Assembly: GCA_963793855.1 (NCBI GenBank) | Contig: CAWCBL010000004.1 | Span: 1,088,356 to 1,152,355, forward strand | Direction of reading: 5' to 3' | Source: an uncultured beta proteobacterium | GTDB lineage: Bacteria; Pseudomonadota; Gammaproteobacteria; Burkholderiales; Burkholderiaceae_C | Length of the DNA: 64,000 nt | Shown here: piece by piece, positions 12,728-23,062 of the stretch | Layout: the number at the start of each line of letters is the position of its first letter | Numbering within the stretch: position 1 is the first letter of the stretch | Made by a program: the position numbers and the translations under genes | Notes under the pieces: generated by a model | Told to the model about the DNA's origin: nothing | Database searches by the model: none | The model's input: the letters and a program-made list of their open reading frames with translations, nothing else

Positions 12728-13243
12728 ATGACTGATTTGACGACCACATCTCCCAACCGGCTGGAGCGCCAGCTGGAGCGGCTCTCCGAGGTGCCGGCGT
12801 TTGCTCGCCCGTGGTTTCGCAGCGTGGTGATGCGACGCGCCGTGCCTTTTACCGGCACGGCAGGGCTGGACTTCTTGCAGATGAGCACGGAGCGCGTGGA
12901 AATCGGCATCAAGAACGAGAAGAAAGTGCAGAACCACATTGGCGGTGTGCACGCCTCGGCCATGAACCTGCTGGCCGAAACCGCCACCGGCATGGTCGTG
13001 GGCATGAATGTGCGCGACGACTGCATTCCGCTGGCCAAGGAGCTGAAGATGGCGTTCAGAAAACGCGCCACCGGTTCCATGCGTGCGGTGGCCACCCTCA
13101 CGGCAGAGCAGCGGGCTTTGATGCGGGCCAGCGACAAGGGTGAAGTCAAGGTTGCGGTCACGGTGACCGACGAGGCGGGCATCGAGCCTGTCGAATGTGA
13201 ATTTACATGGGCCTGGATTCCGTCCGGCCCCCGAAAAAATTAA
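12728..13243 (+). CDS. Hotdog-fold thioesterase (DUF4442-like)
   Basis: NHIGGVHASAMNLLAETATG motif; inside beta-oxidation operon. Confidence 0.8.
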   Translation: MTDLTTTSPNRLERQLERLSEVPAFARPWFRSVVMRRAVPFTGTAGLDFLQMSTERVEIGIKNEKKVQNHIGGVHASAMNLLAETATGMVVGMNVRDDCIPLAKELKMAFRKRATGSMRAVATLTAEQRALMRASDKGEVKVAVTVTDEAGIEPVECEFTWAWIPSGPRKN

Positions 13244-13262
13244 AGAATCAAAGGAAACCATC

Positions 13263-14462
13263 ATGGCCAAACAAGTCCAGGAAGCCTACATCGTTGCCGC
13301 CACGCGCACGCCCATCGGGCGCTCGCACCGGGGCTTTTTCCGCAATACGCGGCCCGACGACCTGCTGGTCAACGTCCTGCGCTCCGCGCTGGCCCAGGTG
13401 CCGACGCTGGACCCCAAGGCGATTGAAGACATCATCTGCGGCTGCGCCATTCCCGAGGGCCCGCAAGGCCTGAACATCGCCCGCATCGGTGCTGTGCTGG
13501 CCGGCTTGCCCACCAGCGTCGGCGGCATCACCGTGAACCGCTTTTGCGCCTCGGGCCTGTCAGCCGTGCAGATGGCTGCCGACCGCATCCGCGTCGGCGA
13601 GGCCGATGTGATGATTGCAGCCGGCACCGAAAGCATGAGCATGGTGCCGATGACCGGCAACTCCCCTTCGTTCTCGCCCGCCATGTTTGGCAACGACGAG
13701 AACATCGGCATTGCCTACGGCATGGGACTGACGGCCGAGAAGGTCGCGCAGCAGTGGAAAGTCTCGCGCGAGGCGCAAGACCAGTTTGCGCTGGAGTCGC
13801 ATCAAAAGGCCCTCAAGGCGCAGCAGGCGGGCGAGTTCACCAATGAAATGACCCCGGTGGAAGTAACGGACCGCACGGCCAATCTGGAAACCGGTGAAGT
13901 CATCGCCAGGAGTCGCATCGTGAGCCTGGACGAAGGCGCGCGCCCCGACACCACGCTCGAAGGCCTGGCCAAGCTCAAGACGCCGTTTGCGGCGCGCGGC
14001 ACGGTCACGGCCGGCAACAGCTCGCAGACCTCGGATGGCGCAGGCGCCCTGATTCTGGCGAGCGAAAAAGCGGTGAGGGAATTCGGCCTCAAGCCGCTGG
14101 CGCGCTTTGTGAGTTTTGCCGCCAAGGGCGTGCCGCCGGCCATCATGGGCATTGGCCCGATCGAAGCCATTCCTGCCGCGTTGCGCTATGCGGGCCTGAG
14201 CCAGAACGACATCGACTGGTATGAGCTGAACGAAGCCTTTGCCGCGCAGTCCCTGGCGGTCATCAACACGCTGGGGCTGGATCCGGCCAAGGTCAACCCC
14301 ATGGGCGGCGCGATTGCGCTGGGCCATCCGCTGGGCGCCACGGGCGCGATTCGTGCGGCTACCGTGATTCATGCGCTGCAGCGCCATCAGCTGAAATATG
14401 GCATGGTGACGATGTGCGTGGGTATGGGGCAGGGCGCCGCAGGCATCTTCGAGAGGGTTTAA
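13263..14462 (+). CDS. Acetyl-CoA C-acyltransferase (thiolase)
   Basis: VNRFCASG, SDGAGA, ELNEAFA, GGAIALGHPLGATG, CVGMGQG. Confidence 0.96.
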   Translation: MAKQVQEAYIVAATRTPIGRSHRGFFRNTRPDDLLVNVLRSALAQVPTLDPKAIEDIICGCAIPEGPQGLNIARIGAVLAGLPTSVGGITVNRFCASGLSAVQMAADRIRVGEADVMIAAGTESMSMVPMTGNSPSFSPAMFGNDENIGIAYGMGLTAEKVAQQWKVSREAQDQFALESHQKALKAQQAGEFTNEMTPVEVTDRTANLETGEVIARSRIVSLDEGARPDTTLEGLAKLKTPFAARGTVTAGNSSQTSDGAGALILASEKAVREFGLKPLARFVSFAAKGVPPAIMGIGPIEAIPAALRYAGLSQNDIDWYELNEAFAAQSLAVINTLGLDPAKVNPMGGAIALGHPLGATGAIRAATVIHALQRHQLKYGMVTMCVGMGQGAAGIFERV

Positions 14463-14471
14463 CTGGCTGCC

Positions 14472-14572
14472 GAGCGGGCGCATTGCGGCGTTGCAGTCCG
14501 AGGAAAATACTCATGCCCCTGAAGGTCGCTCCGGTTTTCTTCGAGCCCCTGCGCCCCGCAATGCATCCGCTC
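14472..14572. repeat. ~100-bp imperfect inverted-repeat element (MITE/REP-like)
   Basis: GAGCGG..GCATTGCGG...GCAG pairs with CTGC...CCGCAATGC..CCGCTC; inner CGAGGAAAA / TTTTCTTCG. Confidence 0.6.
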
Positions 14573-14662
14573 CCCACGCCCTTGAGTTTCGGGTTTTGAA
14601 TTCGGGAAGGGTGCGTCGCAGAGACGACTGGTTGATTCAATTTTTGCCTTCACACTTAGTCC

Positions 14663-15490
14663 ATGAAACTTCATCCTTTTGACGAAGCTCTCCAGCTGGA
14701 ACCGGCAGGCGGTAAACAGCGAGATACCTGGCTAGGCGCCAGCAGCGCTGCATACTGGAATATGGTCGGCCCTTTTGGCGGCACCACGGCAGCTACGGCT
14801 GTGCGGGCGATCATGCAGCACCCGGACCTGCTGGGCGAGCCGGTGGCGCTGACCGCGAATTACGCCACTGCGATGGCGGATGGGCCTTTCACGGTCACCG
14901 CGAAGCCCGTGAGAACCAATCGCTCCACCCAGCACTGGACGGTGTCCTTGTCGCAAACCGACGCATCGGGCACCGAAGGCGTGGTCATGACCGCGACCGC
15001 CGTCACCGCTGCGCGCCGCGAAACCTGGGGCGTGACTGAAACACCCATGCCATCCGTCAGCTTCTCCGACGCATCGCCGCGCCTGATTTTTGCCACCTCC
15101 GAATGGACTCGGCGCTACGACATGCGCGCCGTTCGCGGCATGATTCCCCAGGTCTGGGATGGCCGGGAGGACGACAGCCTGACCCAGCTCTGGGTGCGCG
15201 ACGATCCGCCGCGTCCGCTGGACTTTGCCTCGCTGGCCGCCATGGCCGATGTTTTTTACCCCCGTGTATGGTTGCGCCGTGCCACGCGCGTGCCTGCCGG
15301 GACGGTTTCCATTACGACTTACTTTCATGCCGACAGCCAGCAACTGACGCAGAGCAGCGACGGCTACCTGCTGGCTCAGGCAAGGGCTCAGGCTTTTCGC
15401 AACGGCTTCTTTGACCAGACTGCGCAGCTGTGGAACGAAGCTGGCACACTGCTGGCCACCAGCAGCCAGATTGTTTACTACAAGGAGTAA
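14663..15490 (+). CDS. Acyl-CoA thioesterase (double hotdog, TesB-like)
   Basis: NMVGPFGG, MADVFYPRVW, GFFDQTAQLWNEAG motifs. Confidence 0.85.
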   Translation: MKLHPFDEALQLEPAGGKQRDTWLGASSAAYWNMVGPFGGTTAATAVRAIMQHPDLLGEPVALTANYATAMADGPFTVTAKPVRTNRSTQHWTVSLSQTDASGTEGVVMTATAVTAARRETWGVTETPMPSVSFSDASPRLIFATSEWTRRYDMRAVRGMIPQVWDGREDDSLTQLWVRDDPPRPLDFASLAAMADVFYPRVWLRRATRVPAGTVSITTYFHADSQQLTQSSDGYLLAQARAQAFRNGFFDQTAQLWNEAGTLLATSSQIVYYKE

Positions 15491-15568
15491 TCCTTTTACG
15501 CAGTTTTAGGAGCTTTCGGAGCTTCTACACTGGCCTGCACCTTGTTTTCCAAATACCGGAATTTCTTC

Positions 15569-16348
15569 ATGAGCACCTCCACCATTCCAGAAATCCTGAC
15601 CCACGTTGACGCTGGCGTGATGACCATTACGCTGAATCGCCTGGACCGGAAAAATTCCATTACGGCCATCATGTATGACGCCATGGCAGACGCGCTTGAG
15701 TCAGCCAATCACGACGGGGCCGTACGCGCAGTCGTGATTCAGGGCCATGAAACGATTTTTTCAGCGGGCAACGACATCGGCGACTTCCTGAACAAGCCGC
15801 CCTCGACGCCTGACTCTCCCGTTTTCCGTTTTCTGCGCGGCATCAGCAGCTTTCCCAAGCCCATCGTGGCGGCGGTATGCGGCCCGGCAGTCGGCATCGG
15901 CACCACCCTGCTGCTGCATTGCGACCTGGTGTACGCGGGCGACAACGCGGCGTTCTCAATGCCTTTTGTCAACCTGGGCCTTTGCCCTGAAGCGGCATCG
16001 AGCTTTCTGATGGCGCAGCTGGTGGGTTACCCGCGCGCGGCGGAAGCCTTGCTGCTGGGCGAGCCCTTCATGGCCGAAACGGCGCTGGAGATGGGCCTCA
16101 TCAACCGTATCGTTCCGCCTGCCGAAGTCAATGCGCTGGCCCAGAGGCAGGCGCTCAAGCTGGCCGCCAAACCGCTGAGTTCGCTGATTGAAACCAAGCG
16201 GCTCATGAAAAAGGGCAATGCCGGCATCGTGGCCGAGCGCATGGCCGAAGAGGGCGCCAGCTTTGGCCGCATGCTGCAGGAGCCTGCCGCGCGTGAGGCC
16301 TTCACGGCCTTCATGGAAAAGCGGCGCCCCGATTTCTCAAAGGTCTGA
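15569..16348 (+). CDS. Enoyl-CoA hydratase/isomerase
   Basis: FSAGNDIGDF, AVGIGTTLLLHCD, LGLCPEAASS, AFMEKRRPDF. Confidence 0.93.
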   Translation: MSTSTIPEILTHVDAGVMTITLNRLDRKNSITAIMYDAMADALESANHDGAVRAVVIQGHETIFSAGNDIGDFLNKPPSTPDSPVFRFLRGISSFPKPIVAAVCGPAVGIGTTLLLHCDLVYAGDNAAFSMPFVNLGLCPEAASSFLMAQLVGYPRAAEALLLGEPFMAETALEMGLINRIVPPAEVNALAQRQALKLAAKPLSSLIETKRLMKKGNAGIVAERMAEEGASFGRMLQEPAAREAFTAFMEKRRPDFSKV

Positions 16349-16411
16349 GGACTATTGCGGGACTAGGCGCTGACCCGCGACGTTTGTCAATAAAAGGTGA
16401 AAAGTGCTGTT

Positions 16412-18030
16412 TGGGGGGTGCGGCGTAAAACTTAGACTGGTTTATGCCGTAAGTCCAAGGCTCTCCCGGTATTCCAGGGGACTGAGTGAGCCAAGAGAGA
16501 TCTTGATGCGCTTTTCGTTATACCAGCGGATGTAGGAGTCAACGATCTGGATGAATTGGTCGATCGTTATGTCCTGCCAGTTCCGAGGATAGAACAACTC
16601 TGTTTTTAATCGCCCGAAGAAACCCTCGCAGGCCGCGTTATCAGGGGAGCATCCTTTGCGCGACATTGATCGAATCAGCTTGGCGTTGTCCATCCTTGAG
16701 CGCCACCCAGGCCAGCGATAGTGGGCACCACGATCTGAATGAACGACAGGCCTTTTTTCGCTGCTGGCAACCGCCTCAATTGCAGCATCCAACATCGTGT
16801 TCACCAAGTCGGAGTCTGGACGTGTGCCGATAGTCCAGCTGACCACCAGGCCATCGAAGCAGTCGACCATGGGCGAGAGATACACCTTGCCAGCAGGGAT
16901 CTGGAACTCCGTGATGTCGGTAAGCCATTTCTCGTTTGGAGACCCGGCGTGGAAGTCCCGGTTGATGATGTTCTCTGGCGCAGGGCTGATTTCGCCAAGA
17001 TAGGATCCGTACCGACGCCTTCTATTGGCGGCAACGACCAAGCATTCCTGCTTCATCAAGCGTTGCACGACTTTCTCAGAGATGTGTAGCTGGCGCCGGC
17101 CAAGTGCTGCACGCATTCGCCTGTAACCGTAGCAACGGTGATTGCTCTGGAAGACATCGGTGATGGCAACACGTGCGTCCGCGTATTTGTCAGGACTCCT
17201 TAGCCGGGCGCAGTGATAGAAGTAAGAGCTACGGGCAAGGTCAAGTTCGGCAAAGAGCTCTGAGAGCGCATAGGTATGCTTCAGGGCGTCAACCAGCAGT
17301 GTCTTCTCTCGATTACTCAGGAGCTGCGGGGCGACGCCCAGGCCTTTTTTTAACAGTTCATTGGCCTTCTTCAATAGGTCATGTTCGAGCTGCAAACGCC
17401 GGATGTCGCGCTGAAGCAAATCGACTTGCTGCTGCAGTTCTGTGAGTTCTTTCGGCCTGGGAGCTGGCGCAGAATCGTTATGTCGCTTCATGGATGCGGG
17501 AGCCTCTCGGCCGAGTAGTTGATTCTTCCAGTTGTACAACGTCGGCCTGCACACTGCTAACTTCTGAGCGATTTCTTGTGCACTTGCTTTCCTGGTGCAC
17601 AGTTCAATCACTGCCGCATTCTTGAGCTCCAGGGGGTGCTGGACGTTCGGAGCTCTCCCCACAATACGTTGACGTACTTCCGGGTGCAGTTCATCAATCC
17701 AGGCCGTGAGTGTTTCCCGGCATGGGTATCCCAGTGCCTTCATGGTTGAAGCAATGCAACGATCGTGGTCAAGGTAATGCTGAACCGCAACCTTCCGCTG
17801 TTCATCGGAGTATTTGAACATTGAGCGGACATAGCCCACTTGCAAGTCGCGACCCTGCTCGTATTCCCGATACCAACCAATAAGGGAGTTCTTTGTCGGG
17901 TAGCCCAACCGTCGAATGGTCGCTGCAAGACGCTTTCCGAGCTTGATGTAGAGCTTGACGGCTCGAATTCGATCTTCGTATGAATACATGAACTACCTCC
18001 AAGTAGTCCAAGTTTTCGTCCGCACCCCCT
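16412..18030 (-). mobile_element. IS3-family insertion sequence, IS1353-like
   Basis: Imperfect terminal IRs GGGGGTGCGG.CG.AAAACTT.GACT at 16413-16438 and 18005-18029; one transposase ORF between them; ends uncertain by 1-2 bp. Confidence 0.88.
16442..17989 (-). CDS. IS3-family transposase, orfA/orfB fused in one frame
   Basis: N-terminal HTH repeats, WLTDITE, HSDRG, DNAACEGFFGRLKTE (DDE). Confidence 0.95.
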   Translation of the reverse strand: MYSYEDRIRAVKLYIKLGKRLAATIRRLGYPTKNSLIGWYREYEQGRDLQVGYVRSMFKYSDEQRKVAVQHYLDHDRCIASTMKALGYPCRETLTAWIDELHPEVRQRIVGRAPNVQHPLELKNAAVIELCTRKASAQEIAQKLAVCRPTLYNWKNQLLGREAPASMKRHNDSAPAPRPKELTELQQQVDLLQRDIRRLQLEHDLLKKANELLKKGLGVAPQLLSNREKTLLVDALKHTYALSELFAELDLARSSYFYHCARLRSPDKYADARVAITDVFQSNHRCYGYRRMRAALGRRQLHISEKVVQRLMKQECLVVAANRRRRYGSYLGEISPAPENIINRDFHAGSPNEKWLTDITEFQIPAGKVYLSPMVDCFDGLVVSWTIGTRPDSDLVNTMLDAAIEAVASSEKRPVVHSDRGAHYRWPGWRSRMDNAKLIRSMSRKGCSPDNAACEGFFGRLKTELFYPRNWQDITIDQFIQIVDSYIRWYNEKRIKISLGSLSPLEYRESLGLTA

Positions 18031-18136
18031 TGCGAAAGCACTGTGGGTGCAGGTAGCTCCTGAAATAATAGCTGAGCCCCTCTGACCTTTATGTGAGTTG
18101 AAGCCTGCGGTTCCAGCCGGCGAGCCGCCGGCAGAC

Positions 18137-18185
18137 AAAAAAAGTGGTGTGCCACACCCAAGCGCGGCACACCACCCGTTTTTTT
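18137..18185. terminator. Rho-independent terminator, probably bidirectional, after lctP
   Basis: A7-GTGGTGTGCC-N12-GGCACACCAC-ccg-T7. Confidence 0.75.
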
Positions 18186-18198
18186 GCCTGGTCTGCGC

Positions 18199-19867
18199 TT
18201 AGTGCACGACCATCAGCGTGAACGGCAAGACATAGGCCTGCATCGTGACAAACAGGCCGACCAGGCAGGCCAGCGCCACGGAGTGGAAGAACACGTAGCG
18301 CAGGATGTCGCCTTCATGGTTGAACCAGCGCGTGGCGGTGGAGGCGACGACGATGGACTGCGCGTCGATCATCTTGCCCATCACGCCGCCCGAGCTGTTG
18401 GCCGCGCCCATCAGGTTGGGCGACAGGCCCAGCTGCTCGGCGGCCACCTTCTGCATGCCGCCGAACAGCACGTTGGACGCGGTGTCGGAGCCCGGTCATG
18501 GCCACGCCCAGCCAGCCCATCAGCGTGCCGAAGAAGGGGTAGAACACGCCGGTGTTGGCAAACGCCAGGCCCAGCGTGGTGTCGGTGCCCGAGTAGCGCG
18601 TCAGGGTGCCCAGCGCCAGCATCAGCACGATGGTCAGCAGCGAATAGCGCACCAGCCAGAGCGTACGGAAAAAGGTCCTGACGATCTCGACCGGCTGGTA
18701 TTTCATCACCAGCGCGCCGACGATCGCCGACAGCAGGATGCCCGTGCCCGTGGCCGAAAGAATGTTGAGCACGTAAACCGCGCCTTCCTTGGTCGGGGCT
18801 GCGCACCACTGGCGGCATCTTCTCCACCAGGTTGTGCAGCCCGCCCATCGGGAACGACGGCGCATACAGCCGTATCGAGCCAGGTCTTGACTGCGGGCAT
18901 GCCCCAGACAAAGACGAACACCGACAGGATCACCCAGGGCGTCCAGGCGCGGATCAGTGCGGCGCGGTCGTGCGACCACCACGGGCGCTGGCGGCTTGGC
19001 TTCGTGCGGCGCTGCTCGTCGTGGCCCTTGAGCGACGGCGAGGTCCAGATCTTCTTGGGCTGCCACACGCGCAGGAACAGCACCAGGCAGACCATGGAAA
19101 CGATCGCGGCAATGATGTCCACCAGCTCAGGACCGATGAAGTTGCTGACCAGGTACTGCGGAATGGCGAAGCGACAGGCCCGTCACCAGGATGGCCGGCC
19201 AGATTTCCATCATGGCCTTGCGTCCGGCAAATGCCCAGATCAGCCAGAACGGCACCAGCAGCGAGAAGAAGGGCAGCTGCCGGCCGATCATGGCGGTCAC
19301 TTCCATCAGGTCGTAGCCGTGCACCTTGGCCAGCGTGATAACCGGCGTGCCCAGCGCGCCGAAGGCCACCGGGGCCGTGTTGGCGATCAGCGACAGGCCC
19401 GAGGCTGCCAGCGGCGAGAAGCCGAGGCCGATCAGGATGCCGGCGGTCACCGCCACCGGGGTGCCGAAGCCCGCCGCGCCCTCGAAGAAGGCGCCGAAGC
19501 AGAACGCGATCAGCAGCAGCTGCAGGCGCCGGTCCTCGGTGATGCCCGAGAGCGAATCCTGCAGGATCTTGAAGCTGCCGTTCTGCTCGGCCAGCTGCTG
19601 CAGGAAGATGATGTTCAGCACAATCCAGCCGATGGGCAGCAGGCCGGTAAAGCCGCCGTACACGGCCGCCCGGCTGGCCATGTCCGCCGGCATGCCGTAG
19701 GCGAATATAGCCACCAGCAGTGCTGCGATCAGCCCCAGGCCCGCTGCAATGTGCGCCTTGATGTGAAGAAAGCCCAGGCACACCAGCATCACGACCACCG
19801 GGACGGCGGCCAGCAAGGTGGAGATGAACATATTGCCAAAGGGGTTGTATACCTGTTGCCAGATCAT
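18199..19867 (-). pseudogene. lctP: L-lactate permease with about six single-base indels
   Basis: [44 protein letters not shown] are spread over three frames; length 1669 is not a multiple of 3. Confidence 0.88.
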
Positions 19868-20082
19868 TATTTGTATCCAGGGTGGTTGATTGTCTGCATG
19901 TTTGATTTCTCTGGTTTGCGCTTGCCTGCGCCTCCCGACTGGCCGTTACACACCCGGTCGTCGCCGAACTATAGGCAATAAAGCGCCGTGTGGGTTGAAT
20001 GTTCTTGGGTAACGACTGGAAAAAATTTTGTGTGTCCCCGTCGCAGCCTGGTTTGCCAGGCGACGAAGACGGGAGGTGCCGA

Positions 20083-21495
20083 TTAAAGCTGGAAGGCCAG
20101 CCAGCGGATCAAACCCTCGGCAACTTCACGCATCACGCTTGGGGCCTGCGCGCGGTAAAGCTTTGCTGCTCCGCGCTGGCGCTCAATCCAGTCCGCGAAG
20201 CGATGCACGTCAGCGGGTTCGAAAAAGGCAATCATCAGCTCATAGTTCAGGAACAGGCTGCGTTCGTCGAGATTGGCCGATCCTGCCAGCGCCAGCTCCT
20301 TGTCGATGACGACGGCCTTGGCGTGGATCATTCCATCGACCAGCCACACCCGGGCGCCGGCGGCCGACATTTCGCGCAGCGCGGCAGGGCGCGCCATATC
20401 GGCCAGCCGATGGTTGGAGCGCCGGGGCAGCACCAAATCGACGGCGATCCCGCGCCTTGCGGCCAGCGTCAGCGCCATCAGCAGCGTTGGGTCCGGCAAA
20501 AAATAAGGTGTTACGGCCAGGATGCGGGTCTGCGCTGTGAAGCAGCTGGAGATTAGCAGCGAGTACACAGTATCGTCGGCCTGATCCGGGCCGCTGGCGA
20601 TCAGTTGCGCGCCCATCTCTTCAGAAGCCGGTGGCGCAAACTCTGCGGGCGGCATAGCGGGTCGGGCGGCTTGCGTGGCGAAGGCCCAATCCTGCGCGAA
20701 GCGCTGCTGGGCTTGGCGGACAAGGTCGCCGCTAAAGTCAAAACTCAAATCGATCCACGGCGTTTGATGGGACCGTGACGCATCGCCGACAAAGTACTCC
20801 GCCGCCAGATTTCGCCCGCCCATCCACAGGCGCTGTCCGTCGGCAATGACCATTTTCCGGTGATTGCGCAGATTGGTCCGGCCGGGCAGGGCAGAGCGAA
20901 AGGGCGAAACGAACAGGGCCACTTCTGCGCCCGCAGCGGACAGTGGTTTCAGATCGGGATGTCCGCCCAGGTACACGCCGATGCCGTCAATCAGCAGGCG
21001 CACCCGCACACCTTCCCGGGCGCGTTGTATCAGCAAGGCCATGACCTCATGGCCCAGCGCGTCCCGCCCCAGAAGAAAGGTGCACAGGTCCAGCGTAGAG
21101 CTCGCGCCCCGTATCACGGTGCGCAGTGCCTGCAGCGCATCGTGTCCATCCTGATGGATGGCGAGCTGTTGGTAGGACGAGGCGCGCGGCAGACCCATGG
21201 CCGCGGCGAGATGCTGAAAGCGTGGCGCCGGGGCATTGGACTGACGGCCGCTGAAGGGCAATGCCGGCGTGGCCCGCGCCGACTGATCGCGAAGTACTTT
21301 ACGACTGCCGAACAGCAGGTAAAGCGGCAGGGCCAGGTAGGGCATCAGTGCGAGCGATACCACCCAGGCGATAGCGGCTGAAGGGTGGCGGCGTTGCCGC
21401 CGGGCGTGCGAACCGATGACGTAAACGCCCAAGCCGAACATCGCCACCAGGCCATGCAGCGTGAGCCCGCGACTGCCCAGAATTTCAGGGAGCAT
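20083..21495 (-). CDS. cls: Cardiolipin synthase-like phospholipase D
   Basis: Two N-terminal TM helices and two HKD motifs (NHRKMVIAD, IHAKAVVID), GSANLDERS. Confidence 0.9.
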   Translation of the reverse strand: MLPEILGSRGLTLHGLVAMFGLGVYVIGSHARRQRRHPSAAIAWVVSLALMPYLALPLYLLFGSRKVLRDQSARATPALPFSGRQSNAPAPRFQHLAAAMGLPRASSYQQLAIHQDGHDALQALRTVIRGASSTLDLCTFLLGRDALGHEVMALLIQRAREGVRVRLLIDGIGVYLGGHPDLKPLSAAGAEVALFVSPFRSALPGRTNLRNHRKMVIADGQRLWMGGRNLAAEYFVGDASRSHQTPWIDLSFDFSGDLVRQAQQRFAQDWAFATQAARPAMPPAEFAPPASEEMGAQLIASGPDQADDTVYSLLISSCFTAQTRILAVTPYFLPDPTLLMALTLAARRGIAVDLVLPRRSNHRLADMARPAALREMSAAGARVWLVDGMIHAKAVVIDKELALAGSANLDERSLFLNYELMIAFFEPADVHRFADWIERQRGAAKLYRAQAPSVMREVAEGLIRWLAFQL

Positions 21496-21518
21496 GGTGC
21501 GACCCGAGTCCTGCAGGC

Positions 21519-22991
21519 TTATTCGACCCGCACGAAGTCGATAAAACCGCGCTCCACGTTCGTCCCCTGCAGCCTGACGCGGACGTTTTCACCGACCTCC
21601 AGCCCCTCCTCGCCCGCGATCAGCTTGCCTTCCGCAGGCGGCGAGAAGATGCGAACCCACACACCGCTTGGGGTGCTGCCGGTCACGAGACCCTCGAAGT
21701 GCTGGCCGATGCGCGACTCCAGCACCAGCGCCGCTTCGGACTTGCGCATCTGCCGTTCAACTTTCTGGGCGGCGTCCTCCTGCCGGGTGCAGTGCAGTGC
21801 CAGCTCCGCCAGCTCGGCGTTCGAATACGGCGCGGGCTTGCCTGCCAGCGCGGCCTTCAGCAGCCGCGAGGTGATCAGGTCGGGAAATCGCCGGTTCGGG
21901 GCGGTGGAGTGGGTGTAGTCGCGCACCGACAGGCCAAAGTGACCGATGGCTTCAGCGCCGGGCGCCTCCACCACATACTCGCCCGAACCCATGAGTTTGA
22001 CGATGACGAGCGACAGGTCGGGAAAGCGCAGCGGGTCTGCCTTGTGGCGCTTGGCGAGAAAGGCCGCCAGTGCCTGCGAGTCGGGCTCGGCGGGCAGCGC
22101 TTCGCCATACTCCTTGGCCACCTCCACGATACGCAGCCAGCGCTCGGGTGAGCGGACCACGCGCCGCAGTGATGCACCGCCGTGCGCTGCCAGAAATCGC
22201 GCGGTGCAGCCGTTGGTGGCAATCATCACTTCCTCGATCAGCTGGCGCGCCCGGTTGTGCGCCTGCTGCTGGAGGCCGACGACCTTTTCCCCCTCAAACA
22301 CGGCGCGCGGCTGCAGGGTTTCGAACTCCAGCGAGCCCTGTTCATGCCGTCGCCCGCGCAGCTGCTGGGCCAGAGCGTCCTGGGTGCGAAGCTGCGCCTC
22401 CATGCCGGGCACGGCCGATGCCGCGGCGGGCAGCGTGCCTTCGCCTTCGATCCAGGCGGCGACGGCGTCATAGGCCAGCTTGGCCTTGTTGCGTACCATG
22501 GCCCGGTAGACGTTGGAGTTCGCCAGCGCGCCCTCGGCGTTGAAAACCATCTCGGTCACCAGCGCCAGCCTGTCCTCGCCAGCGTTGAGCGAAGTCAGGT
22601 CCGTGGACAGACGCTCCGGCAGCATGGGGAAGATGCGCGCCGAGGTATAGACCGATGTGGTGTTCATGTAGGCGTGGTCGTCAATGGGCGTTGCCTTCCT
22701 GACCAGTGCATCGACATCGGCAATCGCCACCATCAGCTGGACGGTGCCATCAGCCAGCACTTCGCACACTGTCAGTTGGTCCAGGTCCAGTGAATCATCA
22801 TTGTCGATGGAGCACCAGAGCAGGCCGGTGAGGTCCTTGATATCCGGGCCGGACTCGCTGCCAGCGCCCTTGATCGATGCCAGTTGCTGGTGGACGCGGG
22901 GCGAAAATTCGGGCTCTAAACCGCGCTCGCTCATGACACTGGTGGCGATGCGGACGAGGTCGGAGCGATGGTGGGCATGGTTGGCATACAT
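21519..22991 (-). CDS. RNB-domain exoribonuclease (compact RNase II/R family)
   Basis: SIDNDDSLDLDQ acidic motif, AIADV, YTHSTAPNRRFPDL, C-terminal S1-like domain. Confidence 0.9.
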   Translation of the reverse strand: MYANHAHHRSDLVRIATSVMSERGLEPEFSPRVHQQLASIKGAGSESGPDIKDLTGLLWCSIDNDDSLDLDQLTVCEVLADGTVQLMVAIADVDALVRKATPIDDHAYMNTTSVYTSARIFPMLPERLSTDLTSLNAGEDRLALVTEMVFNAEGALANSNVYRAMVRNKAKLAYDAVAAWIEGEGTLPAAASAVPGMEAQLRTQDALAQQLRGRRHEQGSLEFETLQPRAVFEGEKVVGLQQQAHNRARQLIEEVMIATNGCTARFLAAHGGASLRRVVRSPERWLRIVEVAKEYGEALPAEPDSQALAAFLAKRHKADPLRFPDLSLVIVKLMGSGEYVVEAPGAEAIGHFGLSVRDYTHSTAPNRRFPDLITSRLLKAALAGKPAPYSNAELAELALHCTRQEDAAQKVERQMRKSEAALVLESRIGQHFEGLVTGSTPSGVWVRIFSPPAEGKLIAGEEGLEVGENVRVRLQGTNVERGFIDFVRVE

Positions 22992-23062
22992 CCAGTTACT
23001 ATAGCGCCCTCCAGATGGCTAGCTCCCCTTGTCGCAGCGCCGGCCGCGGCGTGGTCTATGCG

